A stretch of DNA of 64,000 nucleotides. Source: Ruminococcus sp. Lineage in GTDB: Bacteria; Bacillota; Clostridia; Oscillospirales; Ruminococcaceae. A program made the position numbers and the translations under genes. The notes beneath the pieces were generated by a model. It was not told the origin of the DNA and did no database searches. It saw only the letters and a list, made by a program, of their open reading frames with translations. Positions 26,145 through 34,243 of this stretch are shown piece by piece (the stretch's first letter is position 1; each line of letters opens with the position of its first letter). The DNA is taken from contig JAFSBM010000037.1 in the NCBI GenBank assembly GCA_017437285.1, forward strand, positions 21,320-85,319, given 5' to 3'.

Positions 26145-27644
26145 ATGAAAATATCAAGATTTTTTGCATTTTTGTCAGCTTTTGCAGTTACAGGAGGAAT
26201 GATTTCTTCCTATAATTTTACAGGAACTGCACAGGAAAATGAAAAATTCAAGCTTATCTGGAGCGATGAATTTGAGGGTGACAACGTAGATATGACAAAA
26301 TGGTCATATGAGCTTGGTAACTGGAAGTTGGACGAACACGGAAACTATATCACAAATGGCTGGGGAAATAACGAACAGCAGTTTTACACCGATAAAAACG
26401 CTGCGGTAAATGACGGTATATTGACAATTTCGGCACGTCATGAAAATTATGTGGACGAAGTTCAAGGCAGCTATAATTATACATCATCAAGATTGAGTAC
26501 ACAACATAAATTTTCAACCTGCGGAGGAAAAATTGAAGTCCGTTCCCGCTGTGATTCAGGCAAATCCCTATGGCCTGCTATATGGATGTTACCCGAGGAT
26601 AGTCTATATGGCGGCTGGGCAGCATCGGGAGAAATCGACATAATGGAGGGCTGGGGAAGTACTCCCGAAAAAATCTGCGGTACAATCCATTTTGGCGATT
26701 TATGGCCGAATAATACATATCTGACAAAGGATTATTTCTTTGAAAACGGCGATTCTACCGAAAACTGGCATACATATTCAATTGAATGGGAAAAGGACTA
26801 TATCCGCTGGTATGTGGACGATGTTTTATACAGCGAGCAGACAGACTGGTATTCAGCAAATCGTCAGTATCCTGCTCCCTTTGACCAGAATTTTTATCTG
26901 ATACTCAACCTTGCAGTTGGCGGACATTTTGACGGAGTAGACGGAATTTACGGTGATTCCTCAATATTTGCCAATGGTGAAAAGCAGTTTCAGATTGACT
27001 ATGTAAGGGTATATGAAAATACGGAGTCTGATTTCGTTCCCTCTGAAATCAAATCTGCTGCCCTAAAATCATATATGGAAGGTTCTGCTGCAACATTGAC
27101 AAATAAGGATAACTGCACAGAATTTGCAATTGAAAATGTAGGAACTCTTGAATACAGCATTTTAGGAATTATTCCTGCACAAAATGTCAAAGCAGGTGAG
27201 GAATATACCCTTTCATTCGGCATCAATTCCACGGCTGACAGAGAAGCTATTGTAACAGTTGAGGATACGTCATACAACAGATACCTTGACAAGAAAATCG
27301 CACTTACAAGCGATATACAGCGATTTGCATATGATGTAAAGTTTGAAAATGATATGTCAGCTGATATTAAATTCCAGCTTGGAAATATCGGCGAGGCATC
27401 AACCGTTGGACCACACAAAATTGTAATTTCCGATATAAAATGGGAGAAAAAAACACGTGGGGGATTAGCAGGAGATGCAAACAATGACGGAATTGTTTCA
27501 ACAGCTGACCTTGTTTTATTTAGCAGACGACTTCTCGGCGATGCTGTTACAGTAATGAAAAAGAATTGCGATTTATACAAAGATGACCGATTTGATGTTT
27601 TTGACCTTATTAAAATGAGGGAGATTGTAATAAAAGGAGAATGA
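26145..27644 (+). CDS. GH16 beta-1,3(4)-glucanase (laminarinase/lichenase type) with a CBM-like domain and a dockerin
   Basis: Catalytic motif GEIDIMEG, WPAIWMLP, and C-terminal dockerin GDANNDGIVSTADL ... DDRFDVFDL. ATG at 26145 follows GGAGG. Confidence 0.85.
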   Translation: MKISRFFAFLSAFAVTGGMISSYNFTGTAQENEKFKLIWSDEFEGDNVDMTKWSYELGNWKLDEHGNYITNGWGNNEQQFYTDKNAAVNDGILTISARHENYVDEVQGSYNYTSSRLSTQHKFSTCGGKIEVRSRCDSGKSLWPAIWMLPEDSLYGGWAASGEIDIMEGWGSTPEKICGTIHFGDLWPNNTYLTKDYFFENGDSTENWHTYSIEWEKDYIRWYVDDVLYSEQTDWYSANRQYPAPFDQNFYLILNLAVGGHFDGVDGIYGDSSIFANGEKQFQIDYVRVYENTESDFVPSEIKSAALKSYMEGSAATLTNKDNCTEFAIENVGTLEYSILGIIPAQNVKAGEEYTLSFGINSTADREAIVTVEDTSYNRYLDKKIALTSDIQRFAYDVKFENDMSADIKFQLGNIGEASTVGPHKIVISDIKWEKKTRGGLAGDANNDGIVSTADLVLFSRRLLGDAVTVMKKNCDLYKDDRFDVFDLIKMREIVIKGE

Positions 27645-28093
27645 ATATGAATTATACTATACGTGAATTAGAAAATAAAGATTTTCAGCAGCTTATGGAA
27701 CTTTATACTCACCTACATGAAAAGGATATCCCCGAAATGGACGAGCGAGTTTCTTCTGTATGGGAGTCAATTCTTGCTGACAAAAATCATCATATTATTG
27801 TTGCTGAATTAAACGGAAAAATTATTTCTTCTTGCGTATGTGTCATAATTCCCAATCTTACGAGAAATCAGCGTCCCTATGCCTTTGTGGAAAACGTAGT
27901 TACACATTCGGATTTCCGTGGAAAAGGCATAGCCACCGCCTGTCTGAACTATGCAAGGGAAATAGCTAAAAGTGAAAATTGCTACAAGCTTATGCTTCTC
28001 ACAGGCTCAAAAAATGAGAATACATTGAATTTCTACCGCCGTGCAGGATATAACAGCGAGGATAAAACGGCATTTATTCAATGGTTGGAGTGA
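27641..28093 (+). CDS. GNAT-family N-acetyltransferase
   Basis: 150 aa with the acetyl-CoA motif FRGKGIATACLNYA. A 4-nt ATGA overlap joins it to the GH16 gene. Confidence 0.8.
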   Translation: MNMNYTIRELENKDFQQLMELYTHLHEKDIPEMDERVSSVWESILADKNHHIIVAELNGKIISSCVCVIIPNLTRNQRPYAFVENVVTHSDFRGKGIATACLNYAREIAKSENCYKLMLLTGSKNENTLNFYRRAGYNSEDKTAFIQWLE

Positions 28094-28112
28094 GTTATGG
28101 AAAATATGATAA

Positions 28113-28271
28113 GGGCATCTCTAAAAACTCGTTTGATTAAAGAAAAAAACAGATAGGTGCGGCAACTGCAAGGAAACCTTCCGAAGGCGTGCTTTCGCAC
28201 TCCAAGGGAGGTTGACGAAGCAGATGACGTGCATAGCTGTTTTTTCTCAAAAGGGGTTTTTAGAGATGCCC
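28113..28271 (-). mobile_element. MITE-like element, copy 3 (159 bp, inverted orientation)
   Basis: Same TIRs. The flanks ATAA/TTAT are not a direct duplication. Its right end carries the ATG of the next gene. Confidence 0.6.
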
Positions 28272-28652
28272 TTATCTTTATGCGGTGACAATTGCAGTAA
28301 ATGTCCACGTTTTCTTGCACAGACAGATGAGGAACTAAAAGCAGTTGCGGAGTTATGGTTCAGAGTTGGTTGGAGGAATACCATAGTTTCTGTTGATGAA
28401 ATCCGCTGTAATGGCTGTACAGCGGACAAAAACTGCACATACGGTATTGTGAAATGCACAAAAGAACATGGTGTTGAAAAATGCAACCAATGCAAAATGT
28501 TCCCCTGCAATACCATAAAAAATATGCTCAGCCGTACAGAAATGTACAAGGAAATATGTCAAAAAGTCTGCACTACCGATGAATATGATCTTATTTCAGA
28601 GGCGTTTTTTAATAAATACGAAAATCTATGCAAAAAGGACGTTCAGTATTGA
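28266..28652 (+). CDS. DUF3795-like Cys-rich protein
   Basis: The MPLSLCGDNCSKCPRF start and later CNGC and CNQCKMFPC clusters fit the DUF3795 pattern. The track start at 28212 reads through repeat DNA. Confidence 0.6.
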   Translation: MPLSLCGDNCSKCPRFLAQTDEELKAVAELWFRVGWRNTIVSVDEIRCNGCTADKNCTYGIVKCTKEHGVEKCNQCKMFPCNTIKNMLSRTEMYKEICQKVCTTDEYDLISEAFFNKYENLCKKDVQY

Positions 28653-28668
28653 AATGAACGTCCTTTTC
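28635..28668. terminator. Bidirectional hairpin terminator
   Basis: AAGGACGTTCA ... TGAACGTCCTT followed by TTT, between convergent genes. Confidence 0.65.
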
Positions 28669-28671
28669 GTA

Positions 28672-31113
28672 TTATTTAACAGGCAGAGAGGGGAGTAAAC
28701 CTGCATCGAGCATCTGAATACATATAGCATCATCGGGAGTAATGCCAATTTCACCGTTTACATCGGCATTTGTCATTCCCTGTTCTGAAAGCATATACTT
28801 ATCGGGATTGGCAATATACTGGAATATTGCAGCTGCATCAGCAATAGATACAATGCCGTCACAGTTGGAATCACCATAATTTACAGGGGATAGGGGAGGA
28901 GTTGTTGTTATTGGAGCTGTAGTTGTAACTGTAGTAGTTGTTGCAGTTGTCGTAGTTGTAGTGGTGGTGATAGTAGTCGTTGTTGTAAGACTTTCGGGGG
29001 ATACAGGCATAGCTATCCAATTCTGACAACTTGCTCCGTTAACCTCCCATTGCTGAACATTTGCACCGCTGTCCATTAACGCTGAGATAACCTCAACCGC
29101 AGATTTATTTCCGCTTATTTTTGTAAGAATTTTATATGAATTATCCTCATTCTTCACAAATCTGAACTGTTGGTTATCTCCCCCGTTTTGGGTGTAAAGT
29201 GCGATATTTGCACCATTATCAGATTTTTTAGCCTCTACGTCAAGAACAAATGTGCTGTTTTCATCAAGTGCCGTTGCAATGTAATAATAGCCATTTTCAG
29301 CCTCAATCAGCTTCCATACATCGTGAATATAATTTTCAGCTGTACCCCACTGATGTACATTTGAGCCGTTCTGTGCCTTTGCATTTTCAACCTGCATATA
29401 AAGTCCTGAATTAACATTCTTGAAACGGAATAAGGAGCCGTTTTCAAAAGTTTCGTAACTTGGTGCAGCAGGCTTCATTTCGCCGTCAGGCAATGCTGTA
29501 AAGCCTGCACTTGGCATACCTGGTGCGGAATATCTGATATACATCATATCCTTGTTGGAGTTTTTGCAGCCGCTGTTATATGTACAATAATTCTTTGCAT
29601 CATCTGCTGAAAGTGCCTTATATGCGTAATTTGAAGCAGGTCGCCAATTGCATACCTTTGCAGAACCCTCAATGCCTAATCTACGGCAGTTTACACCTTT
29701 TGAGCCTGAATCGGCAAATGAACCTGGGTGAGTTACCTCATTCCAATCGCATACTACATTTCCCTTTGTAGATGCACCGTCATAGTAGCAGCTTTCTGCG
29801 AAAAGCTTACAATCGGAATGAACTGTGTATGCCATACTGAAATTGTAGACAAAGTTATTGAGAGAGTGGAAATATCCATAACGCATAAGACCAGGGGCTC
29901 TTGTAAGAGTATCAGTAAATTTATTGCCTATAATAGACATTCTTGGGAAATTATTTTTGTTTTTGTAGGAATCCTCAGTATCATCGGGATAACCGAGAAT
30001 TAGTCCATATTCGTGAAGTCCGAATGAACAATCGGAAACTGTGCAGTAATCCGCATCATAGCAGCAAGCAAGGAATTTATCCCAGTCGGGAACATTTTCG
30101 CCCTGTGTATTTACTGCATTGTGTCCTACAAAAGTAACATGGTCAACCCATAAATTCTGACCTGAGCCAAAATAAACAACGATTGAGTCATTTCCGTTGG
30201 ATTTTGCATCGTGTTTCATCTCAAAATTTCTGATTATTACATTATTGCCAACGCCCTTATTTGATGATGTGCAGAACTGAACATTGCTGAGAGTATGCTT
30301 GCCATAGCTGCCAACAATTGTTTTATTGCTGCGAACATAAATTCTACCGTCGGGGCAGTAGAAATGATTCTGTGAATCCATTTTTAGCGTTGTAACTCCG
30401 ATATTTTCCTTAACAATAATTGTATAAGGAGTATCAGATTCAGCGTATTTTTTCAAATCGTCAAAAGTTGTTACCTCTACAACTTCACCGAATAAACCGC
30501 CGATATTTCCGGCTTTTATATTTTTTGTGTTATCATCAAAGCAATAACCTGCAAATCCCTGTAAACCGTCAGCATTTAAAAGCCACAACTGTGAATCTGC
30601 ACCTGTGAACTTTTGAAGTGTCATACCGTCAGAGCCTTGGGTAATAGCAAGTTCGGGGTCAGAATAGTTAACAATTTTATAATAAAGGTCATTTTTAAGT
30701 CGGTCCTGTTTGACAGGAACAACAAACCAATGCTGACACTGATGAGATTCGCTGCCAAACATAATTATGCTTGAACCTTCACTTACATTGTAATTATCGG
30801 GAGTTATAAGTCTGCCTGATTCACCATTGGTGATTTTGAAAAATGTTCCCACAGAATTTGCACCTACACGGTCAAATCGCCAAGTTCCAGAATGAGTTCC
30901 GTCAAGTTTTTTAACTGTTAATGATGAACCGTCGGTTGTCCCGTTTTCTGCAAGAACCTTAGAATTATCCTTGGTTGCAATGTTAATGAATTGTGCGGGA
31001 TAATCCACAGATGCGGCATTTGTAATCATCGTAACTGATGAAATATCAAATCCGCAGCAAATGAATGAAATGCACATAATCATTGCTGTAATAACTGAAA
31101 TAAATTTTTTCAT
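28672..31113 (-). CDS. PL1 pectate lyase with two ricin-type (CBM13-like) modules and a dockerin
   Basis: PL1 pattern NNVIIRNFEM...DSIVV...NLWVDHVTF and RAPGLMRYGYFHSLNNF. Q-x-W repeats (QHWF, SQLWLL, QQFRF, QNW). Thr linker and a C-terminal dockerin. Confidence 0.8.
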   Translation of the reverse strand: MKKFISVITAMIMCISFICCGFDISSVTMITNAASVDYPAQFINIATKDNSKVLAENGTTDGSSLTVKKLDGTHSGTWRFDRVGANSVGTFFKITNGESGRLITPDNYNVSEGSSIIMFGSESHQCQHWFVVPVKQDRLKNDLYYKIVNYSDPELAITQGSDGMTLQKFTGADSQLWLLNADGLQGFAGYCFDDNTKNIKAGNIGGLFGEVVEVTTFDDLKKYAESDTPYTIIVKENIGVTTLKMDSQNHFYCPDGRIYVRSNKTIVGSYGKHTLSNVQFCTSSNKGVGNNVIIRNFEMKHDAKSNGNDSIVVYFGSGQNLWVDHVTFVGHNAVNTQGENVPDWDKFLACCYDADYCTVSDCSFGLHEYGLILGYPDDTEDSYKNKNNFPRMSIIGNKFTDTLTRAPGLMRYGYFHSLNNFVYNFSMAYTVHSDCKLFAESCYYDGASTKGNVVCDWNEVTHPGSFADSGSKGVNCRRLGIEGSAKVCNWRPASNYAYKALSADDAKNYCTYNSGCKNSNKDMMYIRYSAPGMPSAGFTALPDGEMKPAAPSYETFENGSLFRFKNVNSGLYMQVENAKAQNGSNVHQWGTAENYIHDVWKLIEAENGYYYIATALDENSTFVLDVEAKKSDNGANIALYTQNGGDNQQFRFVKNEDNSYKILTKISGNKSAVEVISALMDSGANVQQWEVNGASCQNWIAMPVSPESLTTTTTITTTTTTTTATTTTVTTTAPITTTPPLSPVNYGDSNCDGIVSIADAAAIFQYIANPDKYMLSEQGMTNADVNGEIGITPDDAICIQMLDAGLLPSLPVK

Positions 31114-31416
31114 AATTAAACCTCCATAAACATAATTTACAGCCTATAAATATTATACTAATTTTTTTGTTTTATTTCAATGGAATATAATATTTTCTTA
31201 ATAGTTTTTTTGTAACAGAATGAATTGGTTATGCAGTATTGTATTTTCTCTATGGTGATTTGGCGGATTATTCTATACAGCTGAAATACCTGTAATTTTA
31301 TTATTCAGGACTCCCCTGTATTATTTTGTGTTAATAATTGCACCAAACTTATATTTGGTGCAATTATATTTATAAAACTACGGTTTGTTTTTTTCAAATT
31401 CCCCTAATATGAATTA

Positions 31417-31459
31417 CCGAAAAATACCGAAGCCTGTAATTAGACCTCGGTATTTTCGG
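31417..31459 (-). terminator. Hairpin terminator downstream of the orphan gene
   Basis: ~14-bp stem CCGAAAATACCGAGG / CTTCGGTATTTTTCGG on the minus strand, about 50 nt past the stop. Confidence 0.45.
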
Positions 31460-31507
31460 ATTATTGACTTTCAATTTTTTTATCCATTAATCAACTGCTG
31501 AATAAAC

Positions 31508-32104
31508 TCAGTTCTTTGAAACAACTACTCTGTCTGACTTTTTAAAATTAATTGCTTTAGTAAGCTTTCCGTTAGATTCTAATTGCATGATTGCTGTTTT
31601 ACCACTTGAAATAACACAATTTGCCGGAAACAATAATCCATTTATTTCAATTAAAGAATCATCTTCAGTATCACCTTTACTATAAAAAACTTCTCCCGTT
31701 ATATTGTTTTTTATTTCAATAACATCTGAAATAATACCTCTGTGAATTTGTTTTTCATTTCCATTTTTATCTATAATTGTTTCGTTAATGCATTTATAAT
31801 CTTCCCATAATGTCAAAACAAAATCATCTTTTTTATTTTTTACAAAGTAAATTATTTTCTCGAAATTTAAAGCCGCACCCATTTTGGCAATAAATTGAAC
31901 CATATCAGCAGATTTATTTTTTTGACTTTGTTCTGAGGAAATTGTTATTATATTATCGTTTTGAGTATAACTCAAATTTTGCAAACTACTCCAAGCAAAT
32001 TTTTGAATTACGTCTTGATTATTATACTCGGAGAAATTCTGTTTCAAAATAAATATTCTCTTTTCAATCCCATTTTGACTTTTCTTTTTATTATCAAAAA
32101 ACAT
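31508..32104 (-). CDS. Orphan hypothetical protein in an AT-rich cassette
   Basis: 198 aa from the ATG at 32104 (AGAGGA RBS). No motif recognised. Sampled local lines give ~23-33% GC. Confidence 0.5.
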   Translation of the reverse strand: MFFDNKKKSQNGIEKRIFILKQNFSEYNNQDVIQKFAWSSLQNLSYTQNDNIITISSEQSQKNKSADMVQFIAKMGAALNFEKIIYFVKNKKDDFVLTLWEDYKCINETIIDKNGNEKQIHRGIISDVIEIKNNITGEVFYSKGDTEDDSLIEINGLLFPANCVISSGKTAIMQLESNGKLTKAINFKKSDRVVVSKN

Positions 32105-32190
32105 AATATATCCTCTAAACCACAAAACAAACTCTTATTATATTGAAATACCTATTTCAATTCTAAAATAAAAATAGCAACGGAATGGAC

Positions 32191-32856
32191 TCACTTCTTT
32201 GAAACAACAACTCCGCCTGTTTTCCAGATGCTGTCAGCAGGAACAACTCCACGAATACAGCTTGTGGGATAAATATTGGAATTTCTGCCTACAACTGTAC
32301 CGGGATTAAGAACGCTGTTACAGCCAACTTCCACATAATCACCAAGCATTGCACCAATTTTCTTTATGCCTGTTTCAATTGTTTCGCCGTTGGATTTGAT
32401 TACAACATTAGTTTTGTCGGATTTAACATTTGAAGTAATGGAACCTGCACCCATATGGGACTTATAGCCTAAAATGCTGTCGCCTACATAGTTATAATGA
32501 GGAGTCTGAACATTGTCAAAAATAATAACATTTTTTAACTCTACAGAATTACCCACAACGCAGTTATCACCAACAAGTGCGCTGCCTCTGATAAATGCAC
32601 AATGACGAACCTCTGTATTAGCACCGATAATGCATGGAGCACCGATATAAGCACTGGGGAATACCTTAGCAGTTTTATGAATCCATACATTTTCGGCAGG
32701 ATTGTCGTATTCATCGGGATTAAGCTGATTTCCAAGGGAAATAATCAACTCCCCTATCCCCTTTAATGCCTCCCAAGGATATGTAAACTGTTTTAAATAA
32801 TCAGCTGCGATTGTGTGTGTAAGGTCATAAAGCTCTGTAATTTTTACATTATTCAT
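32191..32856 (-). CDS. Hexapeptide-repeat (left-handed beta-helix) transferase, GlmU C-terminal-like
   Basis: Repeated [LIV]-G-x-x-x-x hexapeptides (IGANTEV, VGDNCVVGNSV, VGCNSVLNPGTVVG). Confidence 0.7.
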   Translation of the reverse strand: MNNVKITELYDLTHTIAADYLKQFTYPWEALKGIGELIISLGNQLNPDEYDNPAENVWIHKTAKVFPSAYIGAPCIIGANTEVRHCAFIRGSALVGDNCVVGNSVELKNVIIFDNVQTPHYNYVGDSILGYKSHMGAGSITSNVKSDKTNVVIKSNGETIETGIKKIGAMLGDYVEVGCNSVLNPGTVVGRNSNIYPTSCIRGVVPADSIWKTGGVVVSKK

Positions 32857-32872
32857 TTGAATAATCCTCCGA

Positions 32873-33562
32873 TTATAATTTATATTCTTTTATTTCAGTA
32901 AATATATCGCCTTTATTTGCTCTCAGAGAATAACCGCCGTTATTTCCCGTGATTATATGGTCAACAAGAGGAATTCCGATTACATCAACGGCATTCTTTA
33001 TCTCAATTGTTGACATAATATCGCTTGGTGACGGCTTATTATCGCTTTTTGGGTGATTGTGAGCAATAAACACGTATTTACATTCATTTTTTAAGGCAAA
33101 ATCCGCAATTGATCTTATGGGAGCGTGAACTTCTGAAAATCCGCCATAAGATATAATGGATATGTTGTTTATCTTGAAATTCTTATCCGTAACAACTGCC
33201 GCAAGAACTTCTGTATTTCTGCCTTTGAAATATGATGTGAAGAACTTTTTGGCATTTTCAACGGTGTTCAGACGAATACGCATTGCGTCATTTATTTCGG
33301 TTACACGGCTGACCTGCGATACAAGGTTAATCAGCACAGCAGACGACAAATTAATGTCACATTCTTTCATAAGATATGAAATGTCGCAATCTGCCGCATT
33401 ATACAGATTTCCATACTTATCACAGATTTTCTCTGCCGTTTCTTCCACAGTATCGCCCTTATCAGCATAGGATAGTAAAAGAGCAGTTTTTTCCTGTTCT
33501 GATAAAATACCGATACCATTTTCTTTATATTTTGCTTTGATATTATCAATTGATTTACTCAT
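32873..33562 (-). CDS. RadC-like JAB/MPN domain protein with an intact metal motif and a divergent N-terminus
   Basis: JAMM motif IAHNHPKSDNKPSPSDI plus downstream DH (VDHIITG). Confidence 0.8.
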   Translation of the reverse strand: MSKSIDNIKAKYKENGIGILSEQEKTALLLSYADKGDTVEETAEKICDKYGNLYNAADCDISYLMKECDINLSSAVLINLVSQVSRVTEINDAMRIRLNTVENAKKFFTSYFKGRNTEVLAAVVTDKNFKINNISIISYGGFSEVHAPIRSIADFALKNECKYVFIAHNHPKSDNKPSPSDIMSTIEIKNAVDVIGIPLVDHIITGNNGGYSLRANKGDIFTEIKEYKL

Positions 33563-33563
33563 A

Positions 33564-34235
33564 TTAAACTACAAATGCACTATCATTCAATAATGAATAT
33601 GCACTCCTTTTTCCTATGATTAAAAAATCCTGTAGCCTAATTCCCACAGCAGACAGCTTCTCGGAAATAATATCCATAAGCTGAATATCATTCTGATTTG
33701 GAGATGCTGTGGAATTCATCTTATTTACAGCAACGACTATTCTGCTGCTTTCCTTTTTTACAAGATTATTCATTATCGGTATGGTATCTTTTGTATTTTC
33801 GAGGAATATATCAGCGGAAAATGAAATGCGGAAATTTGTATCAGGACAAAATAAAATGCACTTATTTTCTTCTGTATCGCTGAAATATTCACGGATTAAA
33901 GCCACATATTCATCAGCAGACAGAGCATACTGATTAACCGATATAAACTCCTTGTATTCACCGCAGATATCACCGAAGGTTTTAAGAAAAACCGCAGCAG
34001 ACGCACCTATCCCCTTAATTTTTGTAAGCTCCTTTTCGGGTGCTTTGAGAACCTCATCAAGACAGCCGAATTTTTCAATTAGCCTGTGAGCAATCTCATT
34101 TGTATTTTTCAAGGGGATTCCATAGAAAAGAATTAATTCCAGCAATTCATGCTCATGAAAACTATAAATACCAAACTCATGATAACGCCTTCTCACTCGT
34201 TCTCTATGGCCGCTGTGACAAGATTTACCACTCAT
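33564..34235 (-). CDS. RadC-like protein with an intact HhH N-terminal domain and a degenerate JAB motif
   Basis: N-terminus GHRERVRRRY...IKGIGASAAVFLK is canonical RadC. The position of HNHPSG reads NKMNST, and DH reads DF. Confidence 0.7.
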   Translation of the reverse strand: MSGKSCHSGHRERVRRRYHEFGIYSFHEHELLELILFYGIPLKNTNEIAHRLIEKFGCLDEVLKAPEKELTKIKGIGASAAVFLKTFGDICGEYKEFISVNQYALSADEYVALIREYFSDTEENKCILFCPDTNFRISFSADIFLENTKDTIPIMNNLVKKESSRIVVAVNKMNSTASPNQNDIQLMDIISEKLSAVGIRLQDFLIIGKRSAYSLLNDSAFVV

Positions 34236-34243
34236 AATATCAC

